Below, in pieces: positions 54,539 to 63,850 of a DNA stretch of 64,000 nt (its first letter is position 1; each line of letters begins with the position of its first letter). The DNA is from Singulisphaera sp. GP187. Lineage in GTDB: Bacteria > Planctomycetota > Phycisphaerae > Phycisphaerales > SM1A02. The translations under genes and the position numbers were made by a program. A model generated the notes under the pieces. The model had not been told where the DNA came from, did no database searches, and saw nothing but the letters and a program-made list of their open reading frames with translations. The DNA is taken from the NCBI GenBank assembly GCA_945868805.1, contig CAMBMO010000004.1, positions 70,868 through 134,867 on the forward strand, in the 5' to 3' direction.

Positions 54539-56827
54539 ATGACCATCCAAAGAGTCGCACTTGCCCTCGTTCCCCTCTTCTGCGGAGTATCGGCACTCGC
54601 GGCGTTGGAGTCCTCGCAATCGACAATTTCGAATCCCGCTCGAGTCGCGATCCCATCTGTGGAGCGCGTGAGTTCACCACTGACGCGACGTGCAGACCAA
54701 CAAGCGGTGGCACGACATCTGCAAGAGTCGGTGAGCGCGCTCGAAATCAATGACTCCCTCTGGAATGCACTCTCCTCGCACGACGATGTCCTGATCACTG
54801 ATCTCCCGCTGGGCCCACTTGCGAGTCGCTCCCTCGTCTTGCACCGGGTCAATCCATTCGAACTCCAACCAACGATCGTTGGCGCAACCATTGGCCGCGA
54901 TGGAGTCGTAACTGAAACGCCGATCCCCGTACCTGAACTTGCCTGCTACATCGGGTCGGTTCTCGATGATTCCGACTCTCGCGTACTGCTCGCACGAGGC
55001 GAAGGATTTGTCGTTGGATATGTGCAGACTCAAGAGAAGACCTGGATCATCTCGAACGAGCGCGCAGGCTCGTCCGGTCCAATTGTCTCCTATGCGATGG
55101 ACGAGGTGCCACCGGGCACTTTCCCAATTCCCGAATGGACATGCCAGACGCTGATGTCGCCCGATTGGGCTGGTGGCGAAGGTTCTCATGGAGGGATTGC
55201 AGATGTTCAGGAGCCTTGCTGGCAATCCCGCATCGCCATCGACACGGATGTCGAATTCCTCGGACTCTTCGGAAACAACCAAGCGGCAGCGATCGGTTAT
55301 GTCGGAACACTCTTCGCGGCACTCTCTGATATTTATCCGCGGGATGTTCATCTGCGACCTGGTATGAGCTATCTGCGACTCTGGACCGATGGTGCAGATC
55401 CCTGGGGCGCGTCGGGAACCGTGAATCAGCTCTACGAATTCCAGGCATACTGGGAACAGCAGGTCTTCACTGGAGTCCGAGATTCTGCCGCGCTCCTATC
55501 GGGACGCGGGCTCGGTGGCGGAGTGGCTTGGCTCAACTCTGGTTGTGGGTCCTATGCCTATTCAGTCTCGGCGAACCTGGCCGGTTCGTTCCCCTATCCC
55601 CTCGTCGACAACAACGGCGGCAATTGGGATATCATGGTTTTTGCCCACGAACTTGGGCATAATTACGGCGCGCCCCACACGCACTCATACACGCCACCAG
55701 CGGACGGATGTGGATCATCTCCTCAGGATTGCTCCGCTGCATCGAACGATCTCGGCACGATCATGAGTTACTGCCACCAGTGTTCGGGTGGCATGAGCAA
55801 CATCAATCTGTACTTTCACCAGGCCAATGTTGGGTCGATCGAGGCTTACTTACCCGCGAGCGGTTGTGGGTTTACCGCGGCAGCGCAACCAGCCGTTGCT
55901 ATACCAGATCGCATGAGCGCGCTTCCTGGAACGACCATCGACATCGATGTCCTGAAGAATGACATCCGATTCAATTGCGAGAATCTGACGATCGTCGCGA
56001 ACTCGCCGCCGGCGCAGGGTTGCACGGCAGTGATCGTCCCCGGAGCGGGCCCATCCGGGCGAGCCATCGTGCGGTTCACTTCCCCTGCTCTCGGTCCGAC
56101 GTCCATCACGTTTAGCTACACAGTCGCCGAACTGAGCGGTTCACAAGCGCTCGCGCTGGTGACCGTCGATCTCGTCTCGCTCCGACTCCCCGAGTATCCC
56201 ACTGGAGACACCCCCGGCGTGACGACGCGGTATTACGAACTCAACAACCCTTCCGTCCTGCCAAACTTCGACATGCTCATTCCGTATGACACGACGAGCG
56301 TGCCACAGATGAACTTCGGCAGCACTAACGGAAACTTCGCGACGAGCAATCGTTCCGAGCAGGTTGGGGCAGTCTTCACGGGTTGGCTCAATGTTCCAAC
56401 TGGCGGAACATGGACACTCTTCACACATTCCGACGATGGCTCGCGACTGCTGATTGGCAGCGACCCGCTCGTCGCCAATGATGGACTGCACCCCATGGTT
56501 GAAAGGAGCGGATCAATCGATTTGGCTCAAGGAAAGCACGCTGTGAGAGTCGAATTTTTCGAGAACGGCGGTGGCGCAGGATTAATCGTCTCATGGTCTG
56601 GCCCAAACACGCCGAAGTCGGTGATCCCCGCAAGTGCACTGACCGCTGGTGGAACGATTAATCAATCGGACATTAACCACGACGGAGTTGTCGATGGAAT
56701 CGACCTCACCATACTGCTGTCAGGATGGGGAGCATCACAGGCTGGCGCCGACATCAATAATGACGGAACAGTCGATGGCACCGATCTCGCGACCTTACTC
56801 GCTGGATGGTCCGCGCCACCGAACTGA
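54539..56827 (+). CDS. Exported reprolysin-like zinc metalloprotease with a PA14 domain and a C-terminal dockerin-like repeat
   Basis: It has a signal peptide (MTIQRVALALVPLFCGVSALAA) and the zinc site HELGHNYGAPH. The PA14-like segment is FTGWLNVPTGGTWTLFTHSDDGSRLLIG...VEFFENGGGAGLIVSW. The tail is DINHDGVVDGIDLTILL...DINNDGTVDGTDLATLLAGW. Confidence 0.75.
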   Translation: MTIQRVALALVPLFCGVSALAALESSQSTISNPARVAIPSVERVSSPLTRRADQQAVARHLQESVSALEINDSLWNALSSHDDVLITDLPLGPLASRSLVLHRVNPFELQPTIVGATIGRDGVVTETPIPVPELACYIGSVLDDSDSRVLLARGEGFVVGYVQTQEKTWIISNERAGSSGPIVSYAMDEVPPGTFPIPEWTCQTLMSPDWAGGEGSHGGIADVQEPCWQSRIAIDTDVEFLGLFGNNQAAAIGYVGTLFAALSDIYPRDVHLRPGMSYLRLWTDGADPWGASGTVNQLYEFQAYWEQQVFTGVRDSAALLSGRGLGGGVAWLNSGCGSYAYSVSANLAGSFPYPLVDNNGGNWDIMVFAHELGHNYGAPHTHSYTPPADGCGSSPQDCSAASNDLGTIMSYCHQCSGGMSNINLYFHQANVGSIEAYLPASGCGFTAAAQPAVAIPDRMSALPGTTIDIDVLKNDIRFNCENLTIVANSPPAQGCTAVIVPGAGPSGRAIVRFTSPALGPTSITFSYTVAELSGSQALALVTVDLVSLRLPEYPTGDTPGVTTRYYELNNPSVLPNFDMLIPYDTTSVPQMNFGSTNGNFATSNRSEQVGAVFTGWLNVPTGGTWTLFTHSDDGSRLLIGSDPLVANDGLHPMVERSGSIDLAQGKHAVRVEFFENGGGAGLIVSWSGPNTPKSVIPASALTAGGTINQSDINHDGVVDGIDLTILLSGWGASQAGADINNDGTVDGTDLATLLAGWSAPPN

Positions 56828-56847
56828 AGCGCGTGGGCTCATTCACA

Positions 56848-57930
56848 TTACTGCGAGAGAACCGTTGCCTTCTGGTCGATCTTCGAAATCAGCTCGTTCC
56901 AGCTGGCATCGAAGGAATCTCGACCTTCGATCTGGAGTTCTCGTCCGCATGCGTCCAAGTCAACTCCCGCTTTCTTGACTTCGTCCAGCGTTGCCTGCCA
57001 AGACATGTCACCGGGCGCAAGCACGGCCGCGATCTCCGCGCCCTTCGCAAGAGCGAGCAATGTCTCTTCAGGCATCGTGTTGACTGTGCGGGCTGAGGCG
57101 AGGCCCTCGACATAAAGCGTCTGCGAAAGCGATGGATCTTTGGTACTCGTGCTTGCGTAGAGCAGTCGCTGTGGTCGCGCACCTTTGGCTTCGAGTGCGA
57201 GCCATCGATCTGATGAGTACACGGCGCAATAGGCGTTGTAGCACTGACGACTAACAGCGATACCAACCTTGTTCTTCAATGGGGCGGGCAGTTTCGGTGC
57301 GGTCTTTCGATCCCAACGCGAGACGAAGAGGCTCGCCACGCTGGAAACTGTTCCGAGCGGAAGCCCTGCAGCGACTCGTCGTTCGAGTCCACGAAGGTAC
57401 GCCTCGACCGCAGCGTCGTAGTGCGCCTTGGCGAAGAGCAATGTGACATTGACTGAGATTCCATCAGCGATGAGGGCTTCAATCGCGGGGATTCCCTCTG
57501 GTGTTCCAGGAACCTTGATGAAGAGGTTTGGGCGCTTGGCACGACCATGCAAGTCACGCGCCTGCGCGACGGTTGCGTCAGTGTCGTTGGCAAGAAGTGG
57601 CGAGACTTCGAGCGAGACCCAACCATCGATGCCGCCCGTTCGGTCATAGATCGGCTTGAAGAGATCGCACGCGCGACTGAGATCGGTCAAGGCACACTCG
57701 AAGAAAATTTGCTCGGACTTCATTCCCTTCGCGATCAAAGGGCGAATTTGCGCGTCGTAATCGCTACTTCCGACGATTGCCTTCTCGAAGATGGATGGAT
57801 TCGAAGTGAGCCCCACGACGGAGAGATCCCTGATCCATGTAGCAAGTTGTCCAGAATCAAGCAGTTTTCGAGTGATGTTGTCGAGCCAGATGGATTGACC
57901 AGTCATGGCCAGCAAAGCGGTTGATCGCAT
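56848..57930 (-). CDS. tal: Transaldolase
   Basis: [24 protein letters not shown] and the active-site Lys context NLFIKVPGT are present. The ORF extends to 58098; I prefer the Met at 57930. Confidence 0.92.
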   Translation of the reverse strand: MRSTALLAMTGQSIWLDNITRKLLDSGQLATWIRDLSVVGLTSNPSIFEKAIVGSSDYDAQIRPLIAKGMKSEQIFFECALTDLSRACDLFKPIYDRTGGIDGWVSLEVSPLLANDTDATVAQARDLHGRAKRPNLFIKVPGTPEGIPAIEALIADGISVNVTLLFAKAHYDAAVEAYLRGLERRVAAGLPLGTVSSVASLFVSRWDRKTAPKLPAPLKNKVGIAVSRQCYNAYCAVYSSDRWLALEAKGARPQRLLYASTSTKDPSLSQTLYVEGLASARTVNTMPEETLLALAKGAEIAAVLAPGDMSWQATLDEVKKAGVDLDACGRELQIEGRDSFDASWNELISKIDQKATVLSQ

Positions 57931-57996
57931 GTGAAGAATCTCCTTGGCGCAAGCATAACTCAACCTCACCCACCGACACACTGCTATCTTCAAGCG

Positions 57997-59655
57997 ATGC
58001 CAAACGCTCCAGCTCCAAGTCCCGTGCGCCAATCCCTCACCGACCTCCCCGAGTGGAAGGCACTGCAATCGCATTGTGCCCAGACTTCCCACGAGCACTT
58101 GCGGGAGATGTTTAAGAACGATCCGACCCGCGCTCGATCACTGAGCACCGATGGGCCGGGCGGGATGTTTATGGACTACTCCAAACAGCGCGTCACCAGC
58201 CAGACGATGGATCTGCTCTTGAGTCTCTGCGAGGCATGCGGTCTCCGCGCCCGAATCGACGCGATGTTTCGAGGCGACAAGATCAACGTCACGGAGGATC
58301 GCGCGGTGCTTCATGTCGCTCTTCGAGCGCCACGGACGAGTCGCATCATGGTCGACGGCATCGATGTCGTCCCGGAGGTTCACCAAGTTCTCGACCGAAT
58401 GTCCACCTTCGCCGACTCGATCAGAAGTGGGGCGTGGAAGGGCCACACTGGGAAGCGAATTCGCCACGTGATCAACATCGGCATCGGCGGGAGCGATCTC
58501 GGACCCGCGATGGCATACGACGCACTCACCGCGTACTCGGCGCGCGATATCTCATTCCGGTTCGTATCCAATGTGGATGCGACGGATTTCGCAGAGAAAA
58601 CCCGTGACTGCGACCCAGCTGAAACGCTCTTCATCGTCTGTTCGAAGACTTTCACAACGCTCGAAACGATGACCAATGCCAGCACGGCTCGCGAATGGAC
58701 GCTCAAGGGGCTCGGTGGCGACGCCACCGCGGTCGCGAAGCACTTCGTGGCAGTCTCAACCAACGCGCAGAAAGTGAAGGCATTCGGCATCGACACGGCG
58801 AACATGTTCGGATTCTGGGATTGGATTGGCGGTCGGTACTCGATGGACTCGGCGATCGGACTCTCGACGATGGTCGCGGTCGGACCAAGTGCGTTCCGCG
58901 AGATGCTCGGCGGCTTCCACGAAATGGACGAGCACTTTCGCACAACGCCCTTCGCGAAAAACCTTCCGGTGATTATGGCACTCGTTGGCTTATGGAATTC
59001 AAATTTTCTGGGTGCACAAACGCTTGCAGTTCTCCCCTACGACCAATATCTGGATCGATTCAGCGCGTACCTCCAGCAGTTGGAGATGGAATCCAATGGC
59101 AAGCATGTCACTCTCGATGGGACGCGCGTGAAGTGGAGCACTTGCCCTGCGGTCTGGGGACAACCCGGAACGAATGGTCAGCATGCGTTCTATCAGATGA
59201 TCCATCAGGGCACGCCACTCGTCCCCTGCGACTTCATCGCCTTCTGCGAACCGCTCAACCCCATCGGCACTCACCAAGATTTGCTGATCGCAAATGTGCT
59301 TGCGCAAGCGGAAGCTCTCGCTTTCGGTAAGACACTTGAGGAAGTCGAAGCGGAAGGTTCGGCACAGTGGCTCGCTCCGCACCGTCAGTTCGACGGCAAT
59401 CGACCATCGACGATGATCCTTGCTCCAAAGTTGACACCCGCGATGCTCGGTCGGCTGATTGCGCTCTACGAGCACAAGGTCTTCGTGCAAGGAACGATTT
59501 GGGGGATTAACTCATTCGATCAATGGGGCGTCGAGTTGGGCAAGGTTCTGGCACAGCGCATCATTCCAGAGCTTTCTGGTTCAACACCGAAACCAGCGCA
59601 CGATTCAAGCACCCAACAGTTGATTGGGCGCTATCGAGCAGGCCGAAGGAGATAA
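57997..59655 (+). CDS. pgi: Glucose-6-phosphate isomerase
   Basis: [21 protein letters not shown] and [15 protein letters not shown] are present. The ORF starts at 57931; I prefer the Met at 57997. Confidence 0.95.
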   Translation: MPNAPAPSPVRQSLTDLPEWKALQSHCAQTSHEHLREMFKNDPTRARSLSTDGPGGMFMDYSKQRVTSQTMDLLLSLCEACGLRARIDAMFRGDKINVTEDRAVLHVALRAPRTSRIMVDGIDVVPEVHQVLDRMSTFADSIRSGAWKGHTGKRIRHVINIGIGGSDLGPAMAYDALTAYSARDISFRFVSNVDATDFAEKTRDCDPAETLFIVCSKTFTTLETMTNASTAREWTLKGLGGDATAVAKHFVAVSTNAQKVKAFGIDTANMFGFWDWIGGRYSMDSAIGLSTMVAVGPSAFREMLGGFHEMDEHFRTTPFAKNLPVIMALVGLWNSNFLGAQTLAVLPYDQYLDRFSAYLQQLEMESNGKHVTLDGTRVKWSTCPAVWGQPGTNGQHAFYQMIHQGTPLVPCDFIAFCEPLNPIGTHQDLLIANVLAQAEALAFGKTLEEVEAEGSAQWLAPHRQFDGNRPSTMILAPKLTPAMLGRLIALYEHKVFVQGTIWGINSFDQWGVELGKVLAQRIIPELSGSTPKPAHDSSTQQLIGRYRAGRRR

Positions 59656-59668
59656 CCGCGAGGACTTC

Positions 59669-60823
59669 TCACGGCATCGACCGAGAGAGTTTTTGCACTG
59701 CTTCGATCACGACACTTGCCCCGTCGGTGATCTCCGATTCGGTCGTATTGCGTGAGATCGAAAATCGGACTGCGCCGTGAGCGATCTCGGGAGCAATTCC
59801 CATCGCGAGTAAGACCGGCGATGGATCGAGCGATCCAGACGAACACGCAGCGCCAGCGGAGGCGGCGAGCCCTCGACTTGAGAGTTCGATCACGACCGCT
59901 TCGGCTTGCAAGTTTGGGAATGCGATGCAACTCGTCGACCAGATTCGGGGGGCGGTGTGGCCGAGAACAATGGCGGTTGGCAGTCCCGCGCAGACCAGAC
60001 CTTCGAAGTGGTCCCGCAGTGCTTCGCATCGCTTGCAGCATTGCCGCGACGAGTCGTGCCACTCCCGCGCCTGATCGGCGGCCACGCCGAATCCTACGAT
60101 TCCTGCAACATTTTCTGTGCCGCCGCGACGGTCGCGTTCCTGCGCACCCCCGACAATCATCGGACAGAGGGTCACCCCTCGACGACAGAAGAGGGCACCA
60201 GAACCCTTGGGGCCATGAAGCTTGTGCGCCGAAAACGTCATCAAGTCGATCTCCGAGTCGGACATGTTCGTCGGCATGCGACCGACCCACTGCGTTGCAT
60301 CAGTATGAAATCGCACCTGGTATTGCCGACAGATTGAACTCAATTGCTCGATGGGTTGAACAACCCCAGTCTCATTGTTTGCCCACATGATCGAGACCAC
60401 CGAAATCTCCGATGCGCGCGACTTGAGGAGGCGTTCGAGCGATGTTGGATCAATCACGCCATCCACTCCACCCTCGATCCAGACAACTTCCGTACCGCGG
60501 GATGCGAGTGCCTCGGCGCACTCTCGGATGGCACTGTGTTCGAAGCGCGTCGTCGCGATGGCTCGACGGCCAAGCTCTCCGATCGATCCGGCGAGCGCGA
60601 GGTTGCAGGATTCGGTTCCGCCAGATGTAAAAATGATCTCGCGCGCAGAGCAACCGACCAGCCGTGCAACTTGCTCGCGTGCGTGGTCTACGAAGTGACG
60701 CGCGTGCAACCCAGCCTGATGCACACTTGATGGATTCGCCCAACATTCGGTCAGTGCTTGCTGCATCGCCGTAACCACCGCCTCCGATGGTTGGGTTGTT
60801 GCGTTGTTGTCGAGATAGATCAT
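59669..60823 (-). CDS. Cysteine desulfurase (class V aminotransferase, NifS/IscS-like)
   Basis: MIYLDNNATT, FTSGGTESCNLA, the PLP Lys context SAHKLHGPKG and the active Cys context GAACSSG are present. Confidence 0.9.
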   Translation of the reverse strand: MIYLDNNATTQPSEAVVTAMQQALTECWANPSSVHQAGLHARHFVDHAREQVARLVGCSAREIIFTSGGTESCNLALAGSIGELGRRAIATTRFEHSAIRECAEALASRGTEVVWIEGGVDGVIDPTSLERLLKSRASEISVVSIMWANNETGVVQPIEQLSSICRQYQVRFHTDATQWVGRMPTNMSDSEIDLMTFSAHKLHGPKGSGALFCRRGVTLCPMIVGGAQERDRRGGTENVAGIVGFGVAADQAREWHDSSRQCCKRCEALRDHFEGLVCAGLPTAIVLGHTAPRIWSTSCIAFPNLQAEAVVIELSSRGLAASAGAACSSGSLDPSPVLLAMGIAPEIAHGAVRFSISRNTTESEITDGASVVIEAVQKLSRSMP

Positions 60824-60876
60824 GGGTTGAGGGCACTGGTTCGCCGCCAACCCCACTCACGGTTCCGCGCGACTGT

Positions 60877-60966
60877 GGCTACATCCGGCTACATCCGGCT
60901 GCATCCGGCTGCATCCGGCTGCATCCGGCTACATCCGGCTACATCCGGCTACATCCGGCTAAATGC
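60877..60966. repeat. 10-bp tandem repeat GGCT(A/G)CATCC, 8 copies plus 1 degenerate
   Basis: Read directly. The variant order is A A G G G A A A, then GGCTAAATGC. The array abuts the 3' end of tRNA-Leu (60964) and ends 53 nt upstream of the cysteine desulfurase ATG (60823). Confidence 0.95.
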
Positions 60967-61047
60967 GGGCGAGAGGAATCGAACCTCCACGGGTTTTACC
61001 CCACAAGAACCTGAATCTTGCGCGTCTGCCAATTCCGCCACGCCCGC
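60964..61047 (-). tRNA. tRNA-Leu (anticodon CAG), long variable arm
   Basis: The reverse complement is GCGGGCGTGGCGGAATTGGCAGACGCGCAAGATTCAGGTTCTTGTGGGGTAAAACCCGTGGAGGTTCGATTCCTCTCGCCCGCA and no CCA is encoded. Confidence 0.9.
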
Positions 61048-61140
61048 AACGGGGAAGCATTGTAGCGTCGGGCGACGCACTGGCCCTTGCGCCGACCGCC
61101 CTCTGCTCCACCTTCGGAAGTAACCATACTCAGGTCGAGA

Positions 61141-61179
61141 CGGAAAATCCCCTTGGAGGAATCCAAAGCCTCCAAGGGG
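61141..61179 (-). terminator. Rho-independent terminator of recA
   Basis: A perfect 11-bp stem, CCCCTTGGAGG (61149-61159) with CCTCCAAGGGG (61169-61179), encloses a 9-nt loop. ATTTT follows on the minus strand, about 20 nt after the recA stop. Confidence 0.7.
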
Positions 61180-61200
61180 ATATCGATTCTTTCGCTCAGA

Positions 61201-62313
61201 TCACTCTTCGCCGCGAGGAGTTCGCGGGGTGATAGCAGCATCCGGATTCAATGCGCGCTTGGCGAGGATTCCTGCACGGATTTCCGATGCGAGATCAGCA
61301 TGTTCACGAATGAACTGCTTCGACGCTTCGCGACCTTGCCCGAGGCGCACTTGACCGAAACTGAACCACGATCCTGACTTGTCGACGACTCCATGGTTCA
61401 CTGCCAAATCGATGAGGTCGCCCGCCACGCTGATTCCTTCATTGAACATAATGTCGAACTCCGCTTCGCGGAATGGCGGGGCAATCTTGTTCTTCACCAC
61501 CTTCGCACGCACACGATTTCCAACATTTTGATCGCCATCCTTGATTGCGCCGATGCGACGAATGTCGATACGAACGGACGAATAGAACTTCAATGCACGA
61601 CCACCAGTCGTCGTCTCGGGGCTGCCAAACATCACCCCAATTTTCTCTCGCAGTTGGTTAATGAAGATCACGATGACTTCGCTCTTGGAAATTGCGCCAG
61701 TCAATTTCCGCATCGCTTGGCTCATCAGTCGCGCTTGCAGACCCATGTGACTATCGCCCATTTCACCTTCGATTTCAGCACGTGGGATCAGCGCAGCAAC
61801 CGAGTCGATCACGATCACATCGACTGCATTGGAGCGAACCAAGAGCTCGCAGATTTCGAGCGCTTGCTCTCCCGTGTCTGGTTGCGAGATCAACATTTCT
61901 TCGAGATTGACTCCCAATCGCTTTGCCCAAGATGGATCAAGTGCGTGTTCCGCATCGATGAATGCCGCGTTGCCGCCATTCTTCTGTGCGTTTGCGATCA
62001 CTGTCAGGGCGAGCGTAGTTTTTCCGGAAGACTCCGGTCCAAAGATCTCGACAATGCGCCCCTTGGGAAGTCCGCGACCACCGAGGGCCAAATCCAAGCT
62101 CAATGTTCCGGTGCTGATACCAACAATGTCGGGGACATTGCCGCCGACGAACCGCATGATCGATCCCTTGCCGAACGCTTTCTCGATCTGACCGACCGCT
62201 GCTTCCAGCGCACGAGTCCGACCTGCCGATTCCGCAGCAACGGCTTTCGCCGAAGCCACACTCGTCTTGCTTGCCTGCGCTATCGGGGCGACCGGTGATT
62301 TGGCTTCTGTCAT
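61201..62313 (-). CDS. recA: Recombinase RecA (core; the ORF continues upstream to 62595)
   Basis: [19 protein letters not shown], Walker [22 protein letters not shown] and [22 protein letters not shown] are present. The Met at 62313 gives a normal-length RecA of about 370 aa. The upstream 94 codons are low-complexity and repeat-containing. Confidence 0.95.
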   Translation of the reverse strand: MTEAKSPVAPIAQASKTSVASAKAVAAESAGRTRALEAAVGQIEKAFGKGSIMRFVGGNVPDIVGISTGTLSLDLALGGRGLPKGRIVEIFGPESSGKTTLALTVIANAQKNGGNAAFIDAEHALDPSWAKRLGVNLEEMLISQPDTGEQALEICELLVRSNAVDVIVIDSVAALIPRAEIEGEMGDSHMGLQARLMSQAMRKLTGAISKSEVIVIFINQLREKIGVMFGSPETTTGGRALKFYSSVRIDIRRIGAIKDGDQNVGNRVRAKVVKNKIAPPFREAEFDIMFNEGISVAGDLIDLAVNHGVVDKSGSWFSFGQVRLGQGREASKQFIREHADLASEIRAGILAKRALNPDAAITPRTPRGEE

Positions 62314-62365
62314 AGTTGCAGTTGTATCTGAGCCGCCACCTGCGGACTTCTCATTTTTCGATGTT

Positions 62366-62425
62366 GCGGACATTGCTGTTGCGGACATTGCTGTGGCGGA
62401 CATTGCTGTGGCGGACATTGCACTG
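62366..62425. repeat. 15-bp tandem repeat GCGGACATTGCTGT(T/G), about 4 copies
   Basis: Copies lie at 62366-62380, 62381-62395, 62396-62410 and 62411-62425, the last matching 13/15. On the recA strand each unit is CACAGCAATGTCCGC, in frame, giving (MSATA)n. A second 15-bp duplication lies at 62491-62520 ([10 protein letters not shown]). Confidence 0.9.
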
Positions 62426-62867
62426 CCCGTGGCATGAGCTGGCATATGAACTACCGAGGGCGTGAGCGTCACCGACTGCGTGGTCGGGACAGGCCGTGAG
62501 GACTCAGGCCGTGAGGATGGTGACGTCCTGCTAGCTGGGGTGGGATTGGATGTGGTGACCGGTGACTTTACTGCGCTACTTCCATTTGAAATCATTTGGG
62601 ATTCCTTTCCGCCTCTCGCTGCTTTCCTACGCTGGATAATGCAGTCTTTGAGGCATCCTTGCTTCGTTTGGTGTTTGTACGGTATAGAAGGTATCGGTTG
62701 ATGTCAAGGTTTGTTCGGATATTTTTAGGGTTGAATTGTGCGATACCGGTGAATGAACACAGTAATGCGCTGCATTGTCCGTCTACAGAAAGGGCCATTT
62801 TTTCTTGAGAAGAATCGTCCGATAATTGCGTTGACGATTCCTCCATAAAGTCAATATCCTCCTCCTG

Positions 62868-63122
62868 ATGGAGCAAGCAATGAGTAATTCCCCTGATTTG
62901 CCTCGACAGTGCGACCACTGCAAATCTGCCGACCTCTACACGACGAAAGTCAATTCTGGAGGTGGATATGCGCCAAATTACTTGCCCCAACTTTCCACCA
63001 AATGGTGGGCAACTCCATCGTTGGATGTCGTTCTCTGCGCACAGTGTGGCAAGACACAGATGTTTGCTCCGAAAGAGAGTCTTGAAAAGCTTTCGACGAG
63101 CACAAAGTGGCGAAAACTCTGA
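62868..63122 (+). CDS. Small zinc-ribbon protein (hypothetical)
   Basis: It has two CxxC pairs (CDHC and CAQC) about 40 aa apart. It is divergent from recA across an AT-rich spacer. Confidence 0.5.
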   Translation: MEQAMSNSPDLPRQCDHCKSADLYTTKVNSGGGYAPNYLPQLSTKWWATPSLDVVLCAQCGKTQMFAPKESLEKLSTSTKWRKL

Positions 63123-63250
63123 TCGCTCGTTCGTGCGACTGTGTGGACTCAACTTTGAAGAGGTATTATCGCATCGGCTTCTCTCGTTGGGAAGCTCGTC
63201 AAGATCACAGAGTGGATCAGGATTTTTACACTTTATTAGGGGAGCAATCA

Positions 63251-63850
63251 ATGAATATGAAATCAAGAGTCCATGGGTCGGGGTACACCTTGTCGCTTCA
63301 ATCGAGACGCGGTGCGGATTTGTCACGTGTCGTTTGCATGCTCGCAGGCATTGCAGGCGTTTCACTGATCGCATCGCCACACATCGCGTGGGGCGAGACG
63401 GTCGTGAAGGGACAGACCTCCCAGCGAAAAATCGTTGCGACAGAAGTCGCGGCAGAGACAGTCGAAGTCAAAGTTCTGGCGAAGACCACAGTCGGAACAT
63501 GGGTCGCAGTCGACGATCTCACGAGCGATGTCGAGATTGCTGAAACTGAGATTCCACCAACTTCTTCGAACACGGCTCTTACCGATTGCAACAACAACGG
63601 CATCGAAGACGCGGCGGAGATCGCCTCGGGTGCTGAATCAGATATCGATGCGGATGGTCGACTCGACTTCTGCGAGATATCCTTCGGTGATGTAAATCTC
63701 GATGGGTTCGTCAACGGATCTGACCTCAATATCGTGCTGGGATGGTGGAATTCTGGGTATTCCCCCACCTCCGATATCAACCACGATGGAGTCGTCGACG
63801 GTCGCGATATCGCCTATGTACTGGCAGGCTGGGGAAGCATTCTTCCCTAA
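63251..63850 (+). CDS. Exported protein with dockerin-like repeats
   Basis: GGAG lies 7 nt upstream of the ATG at 63251. It has a signal-like segment (VVCMLAGIAGVSLIASPHIAWG). The repeats are DCNNNGIEDAAEI, DIDADGRLDFCEI, DVNLDGFVNGSDLNIVLGWW and DINHDGVVDGRDIAYVLAGW. Confidence 0.6.
   Translation: MNMKSRVHGSGYTLSLQSRRGADLSRVVCMLAGIAGVSLIASPHIAWGETVVKGQTSQRKIVATEVAAETVEVKVLAKTTVGTWVAVDDLTSDVEIAETEIPPTSSNTALTDCNNNGIEDAAEIASGAESDIDADGRLDFCEISFGDVNLDGFVNGSDLNIVLGWWNSGYSPTSDINHDGVVDGRDIAYVLAGWGSILP

Noticed and set aside
60877-60966. Tandem arrays here and at 26271-26320 as CRISPR arrays
   Set aside because: The units are only 10 bp and directly abut each other with no spacers. No cas genes are present in the window.
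61393-62298. 301-aa plus-strand ORF antisense to recA
   Set aside because: It is a shadow frame of a highly conserved gene and has no recognisable motifs.
62681-62707. Sigma-70-like recA promoter TTGACA-N15-TATACC on the minus strand
   Set aside because: The 15-nt spacer is too short for a canonical promoter. It cannot be supported without TSS data.
62592-63380. 262-aa minus-strand ORF upstream of recA
   Set aside because: It crosses the AT-rich spacer and lies antisense to the zinc-ribbon gene and to the start of the dockerin-like gene. The translation is Cys/Arg/Ser-rich and not protein-like.
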